The notes beneath the pieces are model-generated. The model worked only from the letters and a program-made list of their open reading frames with translations. It did not search any database and was not told the DNA's origin. Below, one piece after another: positions 14,149-27,632 of a DNA stretch of 64,000 nucleotides; the stretch's first letter is position 1, and the number at the start of each line of letters is the position of its first letter. This stretch comes from Octopus sinensis (Eukaryota): contig NC_043001.1 of the NCBI RefSeq assembly GCF_006345805.1, positions 84,816,001 to 84,880,000 on the forward strand, given 5' to 3'. The position numbers were made by a program, and so were the translations under genes.

Positions 14149-14153
14149 GATTA

Positions 14154-14280
14154 ATCAGCCGAAATTGCTAAGATGATCTGGTTCTTGACTGATGACTGAG
14201 GGCTTCGAATGTCCCGTCCTGTGGTTCTTGTGTCGTCTCTGTGGTGTTTCATGTTCTTGTCCATGTCTGTATTTAATTTT
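14154..14280 (+). repeat. Dispersed repeat of about 120 bp, second copy at 55566-55680 (probably a PLE pLTR end)
   Basis: Both copies read ATCAGCCGAAATTGC..GATGATC.GGTTCTTGACTGA.GA...GGCTTCGAATG.CCCGTCC, and both sit between (AT)n runs. Confidence 0.7.
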
Positions 14281-14290
14281 ACTGTTTACC

Positions 14291-14322
<32 letters not shown>

Positions 14323-16780
14323 ATATATATATACTGTATATTCATGAATGTACATATTACATTATGTAATGTTAGATTAAACATCCGTTTTTAAATTCAT
14401 CATTTGCTGACTTCGCGTTCTTTTTTTTATTTCAAGATGTACAGAAAAGATGGGATTGATATGTTCTGTTTCTTGTCTTGATAGAATTCCATCAGAGAAA
14501 GAACACTTTCCACTGTGAGACTACTATTTTATAATTATTCATAACGTGAGAAAAACTCACACGCTCTGTTGTATAGATTGGGATATGTTTTAGTATACCT
14601 AGATATCTCTTCCTCAAAAGGCAGAGAGGGCTTTTCAAGGGTCATTTTCACTGCCTTTCCTCCTTATTATTGGAGGAGCGAGGTAAGAAAACGACTTCGT
14701 TTGTGTAATTTTTATATCTGTAGACGCGGTAAAATTGTCAATTAACCCTGCATTTCACTGCTATTTTCTTGGTAATTTTAACTGTACAGCTGAATTTAGG
14801 ACTTAAACCGTATTGTTGTGGTCTGAGATATAGGCCAGATCATGTTAGGTGACATCGGCCTAATTGCCAGGGAGTCGTACGATGAATAGAAAACTTCCAT
14901 GATTTTGCCTGCCAAAATATGGAAGTGAATATAAAAACGCGGGAAAATAAGTGTGGAAGTTCTAGAAGGTTAAAGGACAGGGTACCCAGTTGCTGTTCGA
15001 CCTTGTGCTTAAAATGATCACTTTGCCCACAATGTACGTATATCCCTCACTTCGGGTAATCAGCAATATAACATCTGGAATGTAGATTTAGTAATCAATA
15101 TAACGTATGTGATTAAATTAATGGTTTCATCAAAAATTCTAAAATGGATTTAGTTGCATAAGGAGGAAAATACGAACCTAAACCAACCAAATTCAGTCTG
15201 ACCAAATAAAGTAATATATCAAATGACCATCTAATCAATGTTAAAAATGTAAATTATCCTTATGTCTTTTAGTACACATACACTGATAGTATCTCTGTAA
15301 AAGGATTTCCCCTACGGAGTTTTCGATTTTTATGGGAAAAAAACAAAATGAGAGTGTAAAAATTGGGGTCGATGGAAATCGTTACCTTTTTTAACCAGAA
15401 ACTTCACCAGGGAAAGTTTACAATTTTCTGTACATCACCTGAGAGACGAGCAGCATATAACAATATAAACAATGCATACACTCGGATACAAGGTCTTATT
15501 TTTAGCCTCCATAATAGCATGTACTAAGGTAATAATCAATTATTTGACAGTACACAGCAGAGTGGTTCCTTTTTGATAATTTGAAATGAGAGATATCTTT
15601 TGGTGATTTTAAATCAACGTGCAATTGATAGAGACCTACTAAGCAGTGTACAAATTTACTTACATTATACTTACATACAAACTACTAATTTATCTCCCCT
15701 CACTTAGAAAATGTATGAAAATATTCAACAATTAGGCCCGACATTTCTTGAGGTAGAGCGATAAGAGAAGATGTGGGGTAAAAGAGGTATATGGCGGTGA
15801 AGCTAAAATAACACGCTTTTTAAGGAATTTGTACCTCTCACTTCAAATTATGCAAAATTAACTCGTTTGCTAAGATCATTCGCCCTTATTTTCATTTTTC
15901 CTTTGTCGTCTCCTATTCCACCTTTACTTTTCTGGATATACATTTCTAAATCGACTTCATCGAACCAAATTATCATCACCACCGCTTTCTATAAATCTCC
16001 CGAGCCAATTGTTACCGTAACTGTTCTTCGAAGTCCAAACATATCAAACATGCCACCCCCTTATTCTGTTTCCTGTGTCTCAGCCCTCTGTGCAGCTGGG
16101 ATCACGGTCTTGAGACTGAATCTCAATACATAGTCCGTTTGCTCATTCCCACAAACATTCACTCCACTGTAATCAAAGGTGGCAAGCTATCGAGTGACAT
16201 CGAAAATCACAAATCTTCCAATTAATATTGCTTAATATCGTTTATCAAAAGAAAATGTTCGTTTAAAATTAATTAAGCATATTGACGAACTCTAAACACA
16301 AATGCGAAAACTGGAAAATTACCAGTCAGAATAACGGAGTCAGATTTTGCAAACCATTTTTTCAAATAGATGTCAAACAAATTAATTAAAACCCTCTGTT
16401 GCTACTGTCCACAATGATGTTTACAAACATTATTATTGAACATTAAAATATGATCTGAACATACAATGACATCTATATTAGTTAGCCTCGACGATGTAAA
16501 TCAACACCTTTCGACACATAGAACTAAATGTATATTAATCACAGTTTGAACTTTTATTGGAGAAACGTTAATTCCTAATTAAAAAAGAAGTCTAATATAT
16601 TACCTGTGCAAATGCGTGCACACTCACACTCACCATGGATTGGACATACAGAACACACGTGCGCGCATACACGCACACCATATTTAGTCAGATCAACGTG
16701 ATAAAGAGAACAGCCCTCTCTCTCCCCCTCCCACCCCCTCTCCCCGCTCTTTATATATATATACATGTATGTGTATGTAC

Positions 16781-16832
<52 letters not shown>

Positions 16833-17002
16833 ACATACATACATACACACACATATATATATATATGTATGTACATACATACATACACATATATATATAT
16901 ATGCACACACGCACACACGCGCACACATATATACAAATATACGTTCTCACAGACTGTTATGAAATATATATATTTATGAAATATTTATATATATATATAT
17001 AT

Positions 17003-17091
<89 letters not shown>

Positions 17092-18059
17092 GCATATATA
17101 CATATATACATATACATATATATATATGAAATATACATATATAGACGCTTGCACACACACACACAAAGCACGCGCGTGCGTGCACACATACACACCCACA
17201 CACACACATACACTCACACACACACACACACACACGCAAGTAGTGAATGAAAGAGAGAGACACTGGATGGCAGAATGCGATAGACCGCGACAGAGAAAGG
17301 GAATCAGGGACAGTTAATGAGAGCAATATATATGTTTGGCTCCGAGTAACTTTGATATCGAAAGAGAATTAATCACAAATCGGAGCAACATAATAATGAT
17401 AAAAAAAAAAGTAAGGCGCCAAATGTCAGAGGCCTATAAGCAAGAAAACATATTAGCTACGATCAGAAAGCTGTAATTTGCAAACGAATATTGGAACTAA
17501 GAGCCAACAAGGCTGCAATTATCCTCTTTCTTTTAACACGTCTACATCGTCCAGTCTGCTAAATAACCAGTAATTCAGACAAGTAGGCAGACCAAACAGC
17601 CTTTACTCTAAACCCTGACATTTTCTCCTTTATTTGTCCAATCATTCATAATGTCTGATGTTTATCTATCAAGGGACCTTTGCGATTGTGACCTGATGTC
17701 TGTCTGTTGGTTGGTTGGTTGGTTTATTGCTGTTAGAATGTATGTTTGAATTAGTGGTTGTGTAGTGACTATAAGAGTTGTAGGTTCGTTCCTACGTGTG
17801 GTTGCTGCTATTACTAATGTTGTATTATGGATTGTAGTGTTAGAGTTAATGGTTATAGTAAGAGTTGTTAATTGTATTGGAGAAGCAAGTCGTGAGTAAT
17901 GGTAGTAGAGTTTGAATAAATAGCTATTGATAAAGACGACCTCGAGTCTGGGAGTTAGATGGCGGCTTTGCATAGTTAAAGAAGGAGAGGAAAAGGAGCG
18001 GCTTGCCACGAGTGATACTTTTATGAAAGCAGCAGCTTCGGGCTTGCTCTATAAGCCTG

Positions 18060-19040
18060 TATAGAGGTGGGTGTAGAGGAACGACACATTCCAGGGCTGT
18101 TCCACTCTAAATCAATTATTAGCCAAATTATATCGATACCAGTACACAACTGGTATCTATATTATCGAGTCGAAAGAAAGAAATGCAAAGTCACTTCGGC
18201 GGCATTACAATTATAACCGAGATTCTTCTCATATATACATGAATGTTTACATATAAATAAATGCAAAATAGCACATGCAAAAGCAGCAATAAAGAGAAAA
18301 ATAACCGTTTCTCTCATAGTCAAGAGGTCTAAAATTTTTGGGAGAGGGTTGTCGGTCACGTCGACACCAGTACTCAACTGGAACTTATTTTAATGATCCT
18401 AAAAGGAGGAAAGGCCAAGCTGACCTCGGCAGAGATTAAACTCAAAATGTAAAGACTGACGAAATTCTGCTAAGAATTCTGTCCGGTGTGCTAAAGATTC
18501 TACCAGCTCGTCACCTTAATGATAATAATAATTCTTTCTAATTTTTGGCACAAGGCAATTAATATTATGGGTCAAGATTAATCGATTATATCATCACCCA
18601 TGATCAACTGGTATTTTTTTTATCTATCCCGAAGTGGTGAAAGGCAAACTAAACCTTCATGGCATTTGAACAACCAGAATAACTGCTGCTAAGAATTTTC
18701 ATCAATAATGTCTGAAATTTTTGAGGAGATTGCTAATCAATTATATCGACCCCAGTGCTCAAATGTTACTTATTTCATCGAACTCAATAAGAGTATGGAA
18801 AACAAAGTCGAACACGGCAAAATTTGTACTCGTCGCCTTCTCGTACCAAAATAATCCAGGTGAGAGGGCAAGTCGATTACATTAACTTCAGTACTCAGCT
18901 AGTGCTTATTTTATTCGCCTCGAAAGGATGAAAAGCAAAGTCGACCTCGATGGAATTTGAACTGAGATCGTGAAGTTCTGCGAAATGCTCTAAGCATTTT
19001 ATCCGGTGTACTAACGGTTCTGTCATCTCGTTGCCTGTAA
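18060..19040 (-). mobile_element. Cluster of 4-5 truncated family B tRNA-SINEs (Meta-like core GCCTTTCATCCTTTCGGGGTCGATAAAATAAGTACCAG)
   Basis: Repeated minus-strand blocks ...CCAGTACTCAACTGGTAC/ATTTATTT...GAAAGG.AAAGTCGACCTCGGC...TTTGAACT, all in the same orientation. Confidence 0.75.
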
Positions 19041-19854
19041 CCATGAAATTAATCAAAGCATTACATGGTATCAGAAATTTCTCCTTACATCAACCGCAGT
19101 GAAATAACCCAAGAACACTACAGCAATAGAGACAGCGAGAATGATAATAATAATGACAATACCTAGAACATTAACTGTATTAACAAAATCGGGTATTGAA
19201 CCTTTATCTCAATACTGTCTAGCTAACGGGAAAATCGATGATTTGTGGGAGCAAAGTACTTTCTATGCTTTTAGTAGTGCGCCATAATTATCTCTCTGTT
19301 CGATCTGTTGTTAAGTCAATGCTTTAGATCTTCAGCCGAGACAATTGTCTTATTATTTACAGATTAAGCGAAGATAATATTGCTTCACGTTTTACTTTGA
19401 AATTGAACTCTATTGACCTGTATGGCGCATCGAAACTATAATGTATTGTTTCTATGAATGTATGTGTTTGGATAGGAACATACAGTAATGCATATGTGCT
19501 TACATGTGTGTAGGTGTGTTTGTGTATGTGTGTCTACGTGTATTTGCGTGTTGCGCGAATATCTGTAAGTGTGCGCGTGTACGGTCGCACCTACATACGT
19601 ATAATGTGAAAGACAGCTGTACAGATAGAAATAACCAAAGAGGAGAATGATTCAGGTATAAATATTTACATACAAACACACAAATAAACATTCACACATA
19701 CACAAACACACACACATATGTAATATATGTAATTATATATATATATATACGTACATACCAACTAAGTTAGGGGTTGTTGATCCAACCCACTAAGGGATAA
19801 TGCTTATCCAATATACTGTTGGTATACTACCCAAATTATTAATACCCAAGGGTT

Positions 19855-19951
<97 letters not shown>

Positions 19952-19953
19952 GT

Positions 19954-20010
<57 letters not shown>

Positions 20011-20046
20011 CATATATACATACATATATATATATATATATATACG

Positions 20047-20077
<31 letters not shown>

Positions 20078-20629
20078 TTACACGTTATACATATATACGC
20101 AAATAAGTGTGTGAATGTATACATGTAAACACTCACATTCCAAAATATACATATACATATGCATGTATATTTAAACCAATGTATATATATATATATATAT
20201 ATATATGGGTGTGTGTATGTGCGTGTGTGTGTTTGTGTGTGTGTGTGCGTGCGTGTGTTAGTATATGTCCATATGAACAACAGAATATTGAATAGCAAAG
20301 TCGTCCCTTGTGAAATCTGAACTTGGAGTCTACACAGATGAAAGTGGATCGTTAAAAATATTTCGCTTGGCGCTTTATTGTCTCGGCACCTTTACAATAT
20401 AAATAATAACGATTTCTAACATACAGAAAGACACCAAAATTATTTCAGAGAAGGATTTAGTCAAAAGGAAACTGTAAAGATGATGATGGATCTAATTGAT
20501 GTAGAAGGCACAACAGATTTGAAATGGTCAGCTTTATTGTAGCCTTGTTCGTGTTGACCATTGTATTAAGCGTATCAATATAGAAATTAAAATAGTAATT
20601 CCCTCTAATCTTGGTTGATTGCTTCTAAT

Positions 20630-21420
20630 CAATTTTGAGGGGAGGGTTAAGTCGATTACATAGACTCCAGTTTTCAATTGGTACACATTTTATCCAGCCG
20701 AAACAATGAAAGGCAAGGTTGATCACGGTAGCATTTGAACTGGGAATGTAAGAAGCCGGATGAAATGCCGCTGCCTGAATTAAAATAGCCATAATGCTCT
20801 CAAATTTTGGCTTAAGACCAGCAGTAATTATTGATCCCGAAAGGATGAGAAGCAAAGTTGACCTCGGCGGAGTTTTAACTCAAATTGTAAAGCTGGAATT
20901 CTGTTGTGTCTGGGGTGAGTCATTTTCTTTTTGTGCCTTATAATGTGACACACTGGCCGGTGAACTTTCCACTTATTTCTTATTTTTATTTTCCTAAAAT
21001 TTTCTTTGCCCCTTGCTATTGAAAAAGGTTGCAAGGCGCAGCGAAAATTTTAGAAAAATAAAAATAAGAAATAAGTTAAAATTTCACCGGTGAGTGTGTC
21101 ACATTATAAGTCACAAAAAGAAAATGACTCTCCCCAGACACAATAGAATATGCTTCAACACACGAACTCATATAAAGAATCTTACAAACCAAATCCAAAA
21201 ACGAACTGTAAAGCTGGAAGAAATGCCAATAAGCACATTGTCTGGTATGTTAAGATTCTACCAGCTCGCGGTAGCAATAATTGTCTCAAATTTTAGATGA
21301 AGTCCAGCAATTTTAAAGGAGCGGGATAATCGAACACATCGACTCTAATGTTTGATTGTGACGGGTACCTATTTTGCCGAGTATGAAACGTTTAGTCGAC
21401 CTCGGCGGCATTGAAGAAGG
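20630..21420 (-). mobile_element. Family B SINE copies interrupted by a hairpin insert
   Basis: Family B motifs at 20640-20898 and 21207-21420; TGTAAAGCTGGAA is duplicated at 20886-20898 and 21207-21219. Confidence 0.65.
20898..21149. mobile_element. Fold-back (MITE-like) element, arms of about 119 bp, 14-nt loop
   Basis: ATTCTGTTGTGTCTGGGGTGAGTCATTTTC...CCTTGC (20898-21016) pairs with GCAAGG...GAAAATGACTCTCCCCAGACACAATAGAAT (21031-21149). The mirror ORFs CHII.HKKKMT.PRHNRI on both strands agree. Confidence 0.8.
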
Positions 21421-21685
21421 ATTTTGTTTTGGAAGCTAACGCTCATCACTTGAGTTAAGAGTTCTGATACGATATTGCTAACTGTAATTTATTTCCGAAT
21501 CATTAGAATTTGAGAGAAACTATGACACCAAAATAACATAATTTATGTGGTGGCTTCTCCTTTCCAAGGCATTATCCCAGCATATTACCCTACGTGAGAA
21601 ATAGAACTAAAAAATGTAAAGTGAAATACATATGACAAGGTGGGCCTTAGTCTACGTATGTATAGAGACAAATATATACATATGC

Positions 21686-21752
<67 letters not shown>

Positions 21753-21864
21753 TTCTGTTCAATCTTCGTTCAGCTCCATTTCTTCAATTCACCAATAATA
21801 TTTTATATATATATATATATATATATGTATAAGGGTGAAAAGGAACACACGAGTTGATATATAT

Positions 21865-22330
21865 GAAAAAACAAGTCAAGATAGAAAATGCTAAAATTAT
21901 TTTATAAAGAACATTTCAGTGCCGGTTTCGGTCATTTTGAGACCTTTTCAACTGTAACGATTAAATAATTAAATTTAGAAAAATTAAAAGAAAAGTTTTT
22001 TAAAAAGAATATTTGTATAGTGTTCAAATATAAGTGGCATTTTCCTTGTTTCTGCCTTTCTCTGTCTCTCTTGTTTACACTTGTGGGTTCGAGGGCGTTG
22101 TGAATTCTTGGTAGGGAAGAAGAAGAAGTAGAAGAAGAAGAAGAAGAAGAAGAAGAAGAAGAAGAAGAAGGATGATGAGGAGAAGGGGGGATTTGGGAGA
22201 GCCTTCATTGTCGTATTTTGAATGGTTAGTGGCGGCTAGCAGTTGCTGTTCAAGTCATGAGAGTGTTTCTATTGAAAGGTTTGTTTATAGAATTTGCGTA
22301 GGTGTTATACTAAAAAGCATTAGTGATAAA
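21865..22330 (-). mobile_element. PLE 3'/pLTR fragment (same family as 28591-28930 and the tail of 32690-34005)
   Basis: Reverse complement aligns with 28591-28930: (CTT)n, CTACCAAGAATTCACAACG.CCTCGAACCCACAA, GCAGAAACAAGGAAAATGCCACTT.TATTTGAACACT, TAGCATTTTC.ATCTTGACTT. Confidence 0.8.
21917..21954 (-). ncRNA. Minimal type I hammerhead-like motif, U3-A8 core variant; U16.1 mutated in this copy
   Basis: CAG-UUGAAAA-GGUC-ucaaaau-GACC-GAAA-CCGG-CA-CUG. Helix I is CAG/CUG, helix II GGUC/GACC, helix III palindromic CCGG. The cleavage triplet is GCA here and GUA in the sister copy. Confidence 0.6.
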
Positions 22331-22452
22331 GTTAAGAAGTAGAAGGTGGAGCAGAAGAAGAAAATGCACTCAGTGACACAGACACACACACACATGTATG
22401 TATAGAAGTATGTACGTATGACTCATTCTGTGTATACATACTTATGTATGGC

Positions 22453-22537
<85 letters not shown>

Positions 22538-22581
22538 TTATATATATGTGCAAGTATGTATATAAAAACTCTCTATATACT

Positions 22582-22612
<31 letters not shown>

Positions 22613-22689
22613 GTTAATAAAATAGAACAAATGCATATATATAAACATATATGTACGTACCTACCTCTACATGTACATATACACGCATA

Positions 22690-23420
22690 TATGTGTACAG
22701 GACACCAAAAAGACGTCGAACACATAGAGAGACGAAAAACATAGACACAAACCAAGGAACAGGACAGGCAAAAAAAGGAGAGATACAGGACAATAAGCAC
22801 AACGAAAAATCCCCTTCTTCAGTCGCTAAGGTTTCATCTACTCTACGTTTCGAAGGATAAAAGCGAGACGTATACTTCGAAGAAACTTCCTTCCTGCGAA
22901 AAGCAAATCAATTAAAATTCTGAGATCTTTTCGCAGAGGGGTAAAAAATGGTAAAAAAAGCAAGACGGTAACGACAGTACAAACACATAAACAGTAAAAA
23001 AATATATATAAACAGTGGAAAAATAAATATATAACAGTGAGAGACAGGACAAGGAGAACAAGATAAGAAGGGCTGTTTACGCCAGACGAAAAAAGTATTG
23101 CAAACGCTGGATTATAGTGGACGACGAGAGAGAAAGAATGTCGACCAGTAGCCTTAGAAGGCGGGCGAGAAAAGACAGGATAGCAGTTACGACGGAAGTA
23201 TCGTCGCAGATGGACGACGGGAATGGGGGAGGAGGAGCAAGAGGAAGAGAGAGAAGAAGGGGAATGGTGCGAGGAGACCATGAAGAATGGTGAAAGGGAG
23301 AGAGAGAATGAAGAATGAGAGAGAGAGGAAGAGACAAGTTAAGTGAGGGAAAAAAGACGAAAAAGGGAATGGGAGAGAAAGAAAGAAAGATGCAGAGTCG
23401 CGTGAGAGTTAATATCAAGG
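22690..23420 (-). mobile_element. Probable PLE-derived 3' fragment of another family
   Basis: Strand-asymmetric purine-rich tract; minus strand contains CTGAAGAAGGGG followed by a long pyrimidine-rich segment, and a related block occurs on the plus strand at about 23770-23900. Confidence 0.35.
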
Positions 23421-23608
23421 CTAACTTGATAAACAGAACAATCTTACTTATAATATACCCACACATAGACAGCCACGCACATACATATATACCCCTGCAC
23501 ATACGTACATACATGTATGCGTACATACATACATATATATATATATACATACATACATACACACATACATACATACATACATACATACAACATACATACA
23601 TACATACA

Positions 23609-23640
<32 letters not shown>

Positions 23641-24045
23641 AGTAAAGAATGACTATCCAGGTGAGCTGATATGGAAATAGTGATGCAGATAAACACGATG
23701 AGGCTTTATATATATAAATATACATATGTATATAAACTCGATGCGTATTTCGCGAGTCGAAACAGGGGCAGCTGAAGAAGGGGAATGTTCCTTGTATTGT
23801 TTTCCTTGTACTCTGTTTTTTCGTTGTTAAAAATAGTTTCCTTGTTTGGTCTTATGTTTTCGTTTCTCGTTGTGTTCTACGTTTATTTTCTTATTTGTGG
23901 TGTACTGTACTCATATATGCATGTATATATACATATAGATCTAGGTATGTACATATATGTATGCATATGTTTTATTTATTAAATTGTTATTATATGATTG
24001 AACGCACGCGTCGTTTTCTTCTTCTTCCAAGTAAGTTTTATTTAC

Positions 24046-24076
<31 letters not shown>

Positions 24077-24712
24077 CATACACACACACACCACATATAT
24101 ATATGTATATAGATATATATATCGTATACATCAAGCGTAATCACTGCCACTGCTCATGCAAAATTTTAGATTTACATGTGTAAAATCTTAGGACACATAG
24201 GGCTTGCAGGACCCCTCATAGAACTCTTTATCCTACTGACATTATCTGGATCAAGATCTAAACTGCAAATATGGATCTCAAGTTTAGGAAAGTAGTAGTA
24301 ACATGATCTCAAGCGTAAACAAAAGGCACCCAAAATGTCCAATGCCTTTTCCTGCGTGTCTGGTTTTGTATAAGAGGGACAAAACCTGGGGGGTTGCCTT
24401 ACTCCCGAAGTTTTTCCAACACTCCGGATATCAATCCAGAATTACTGAGGGTCCGTGCTATTGACAGATAGTCTTTGAACCTACACTGGGTTCATCAATA
24501 CTTTTCACTTTTCTTAATTTTAGTTCTATTGGTTTTCATATGACCGTCCTCAGCAGACTGACTTGGTGGTGGAACCCGTTTTATTACTGACAAGTCGACC
24601 ATGCAGCTGGTTGTACAAGATTCCTTTTTACCAGTAGAGATCTCACAACTGACCTGTCACAGATACGTTCATAGATTTAATTTTGCATCCATACTTATAA
24701 TAGATATAATTG

Positions 24713-24945
24713 TTCCTTCTCGAGCCATGCCATACTCATAAGGGCCGGTTTCTCGGTTTCAGTGGCGTAGAAATTTCCCACCTGGACGGTACGCCTGTCC
24801 GTCGCAGGATTACTCATTTTTGCCAGATGAGTGGACTGGAGCAATGTGAAATGAAGTGTTTTGCTCAAGAATACAACGCATCGCCCGGTCCAGGAATCGA
24901 AACCACAACCTTACGATAACCTTAACCACTAAGCCACGCGCCTCC
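24713..24945 (-). mobile_element. tRNA-derived SINE, family C
   Basis: Minus strand reads GGAGGCGCGTGGCTTAGTGGTTAAGG (A box) ... GGTTTCGATTCCTGG (B box), followed by TTGAGCAAAACACTTCATTTCAC..GCTCCAGTCCACTCA. Confidence 0.75.
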
Positions 24946-25176
24946 ACGCATCCATACATACATACATATCTGCAAATATACATACATATACACATATGCA
25001 TACGTACATGCATACATGATACATACATACATACATTAACGAAGACAGGCGAGGGAACGACAAAGAGGTGTAATAGTTTGATGCTCAGGAGGAATAGAAA
25101 AGAGTTTGACGCTTCAAGCGTACGCTCTTCGAGAGAAAGGAGTGACAGGAAAAATAAAATGTGTGTATGTATGTCA

Positions 25177-25224
<48 letters not shown>

Positions 25225-26231
25225 ATGCAATTAAATACCTTTCCAAGACACCACCTGCGATGCTTCACTTTATGAGAGTAATGTAGTGTAAAAAGATATT
25301 GTTTATTATTATATTGGATACAGACGTTCGACCAAATAGTCATAGTGAAAATCAAACAGAACACTATACTAAATGACAACAACAATAAACAGAATATGCC
25401 ACCAATTAAATAACTGTATTGTGTAGTCACTCTTTTCCTTCTGTTTATAATGTTAGCAAAAGTGATAAGGAGATAATTTGAAGCCATTAAGTTGTAAAAT
25501 GATGTGTCTGTTTTCTACATCAACAATAAAATTATTAGAAATAAAATCAACGATTTCAAAAACGATGCAACTATAATGTTAACAAGACAATGAAGACAAC
25601 TAAATACATTCATTTTAGTCATTGATGCTATTGTTTATATTACGGAGTCGTTTTGTGTCATTTAAAGTCATATAAAATAACGCTAGATATAAATAATTGC
25701 TTAAAAATAATCAATGATCCATCAATATACTAGTATAGCCTCCTGACGATTGGGCGTTTCATTAAAGTATGGGTGTTATTTGAGGGAGGTTTGGGCATAA
25801 AATTTAGCATCCTTGGCAACCGGTTTGAAATTTGGATCGGTAGCTTCTTAATAGGGACATACATTTATAAGTGAACAAGGTTTGAGTTTGGAGGATTTGC
25901 AGTACTATTCTTTCATTATTTTATTCTTTTACGTGAAATGTTTTTTCTAGTGGAACAAATCGACTCCAGTGCTTACTTGTTAAGCCTAGCACTTATTCTA
26001 TCGGTCACTTTTGCGGAACCGCTATTTAGTGGATGTAAATACACCAACACCAGTTATCAAACAGACACAAAGACACACGCAAAAACACCCACACATATAT
26101 ACATACATACATACATATATATACATACATGCAAACATACAAACAAACAAACATTTATGTATAGGTTAAATAAAATGAAACAGAGTCAAGTTAGTGTGAA
26201 ATTTCTAGGACATTTTATAAAGAGACGTGTA

Positions 26232-26279
26232 GTCTTACAGCTGTTTCAGGGATATAAAATATATCCCATCATTAGAAAC
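26232..26279 (-). ncRNA. Minimal type I hammerhead, G5 mutated
   Basis: GUUU-CUAAUGA-uGGGAUAUA-uuu-UAUAUCCCu-GAAA-CAGCUG-UA-AGAC; helix III is the palindrome ACAGCUGU. Confidence 0.65.
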
Positions 26280-26452
26280 GATATGAGAGAGTTAAATAGA
26301 AGCAAATAGTAACAGTTTAATATAAGAAGTTGTTTTAGAAAGAGAAGCATGTAGGAAATATATTACTCCCTTTCCAAAATATATCTTTCCCTTTCCAACT
26401 AAACTTCTTATACTGAACTCTGATATTACCTTCTATTTAACTCTCCCATATT

Positions 26453-26500
26453 GTCTCTGATGATAGGATATATTTTATATCCATTACACAGCTGTAAGAC
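26453..26500 (+). ncRNA. Minimal type I hammerhead, GAAA mutated
   Basis: GUCU-CUGAUGA-uaGGAUAUA-uuu-UAUAUCCau-UACA-CAGCUG-UA-AGAC. Core 3-9 is intact and helix I GUCU/AGAC is perfect. Confidence 0.6.
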
Positions 26501-26705
26501 TACTGTTCTCTTTATAAAATGTTCTAGAATTTCTACACTGCCCTGCCTTGTTGTCTCATTTTATTTAACCTATACATGCTCACACACGACCCGAGTTATA
26601 TTCCTCACTCACACTATTATCAAACAGGGAGTCTAATAGCGGCCCTTCCGTAGCACTTACATAGCCTTACCTATCTTTTGTATCTTCTGGATACTCAAAC
26701 CACTC

Positions 26706-26768
<63 letters not shown>

Positions 26769-26785
26769 TATATATATATATATAT

Positions 26786-26859
26786 GTGAGTGGGTTTGGT
26801 AGATGGAAACTGAAAGAATCACGTTGTTTAAATATATGCATACATACATACTTACATAA

Positions 26860-26944
<85 letters not shown>

Positions 26945-27130
26945 AACGGGATTCTTTCAGTTTGGTAGATGGAAACTGAAAGAATCACGTTGTTTATATA
27001 TATGCATACATACTTACATATATATATATATGTAAGTATGTATGTATGCATATATATAATCAACGGATTCTTTCAGTTTCCATCTACCAAACCCACTCAC
27101 AAGGCTTTGTTCGCCCAGGGTCTATGGTAG
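26786..27130. repeat. Alternately inverted fragments of a family A SINE with an internal 23-bp hairpin
   Basis: The segment GGTTTGGTAGATGGAAACTGAAAGAATC.CGTTG occurs +, -, +, -. AAACAACGGGATTCTTTCAGTTT (26941-26963) pairs with AAACTGAAAGAATCACGTTGTTT (26973-26995). Confidence 0.75.
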
Positions 27131-27363
27131 AAAACACATGTCCAAGCTGTTATGTGGGGACTTGTTAGTAGACCCACTGATATATGGATCTCTCTGTTTC
27201 TCTCTGTTTCTCTCGCACACACACATATACACACAAATATATGTATGTATCTATGCATGCATGTATATTAATTCATTTATACATTCTTTTATTCTTGTAT
27301 TTGTTTCGGTCATTTGACTGCGGCCATGCTGAAGCAACGCATTCATATATATTTATAAATATC

Positions 27364-27632
27364 GGCGCAGGAGTGGGTCTATGATAAGAAGCTCGCTTCC
27401 CAAATCCATGGTTCCATGTTCAGTCACACTGCGTGGCACCTTGGGCAAGTGTTTTATACTAAAGCCTCGGGCCGACCAAATCCTTGTGAGTGTATTTGGT
27501 AGACGGAAACTAAAAGAAGCGTGTATGTGAGTACCTGTGTGTTTGTCTCGTTAGTCGCTTAACGACCGACGTTGGTATGTTTTACGTACCTGTAACTTAG
27601 AGGGTCGGCAAAGAGACCTATAAATAAGTAAG
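27364..27632 (+). mobile_element. Family A SINE, 3'-truncated
   Basis: GGCGCAGGAGTGG head, GGCACCTTGGGCAAGTG core, collinear with 5825-6120. Confidence 0.8.

Larger units (their letters stand above)
26193..26539. repeat. Inverted pair of PLE pLTR fragments (arms 26193-26331 and 26402-26539), each carrying a hammerhead
   Basis: Arms of about 139 bp align as reverse complements (roughly 80-85% by eye) across a 70-bp spacer. Confidence 0.8.

Noticed and set aside
14184-14218. CTGATGA...GAATGTC (and CTGAAGA...GAATGAC at about 55600) as hammerheads
   Set aside because: Both copies have GAAU rather than GAAA, with weak helices II and III; not supportable without a consensus.
15867-16133. 88-aa non-repetitive ORF
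   Set aside because: TTG start, no recognisable motif and no clear splice boundaries.
22812-22890. GAAACGTA and CTGAAGA on the minus strand as a type II hammerhead
   Set aside because: Helix II would pair only by using core nucleotides, and no helix I is evident.
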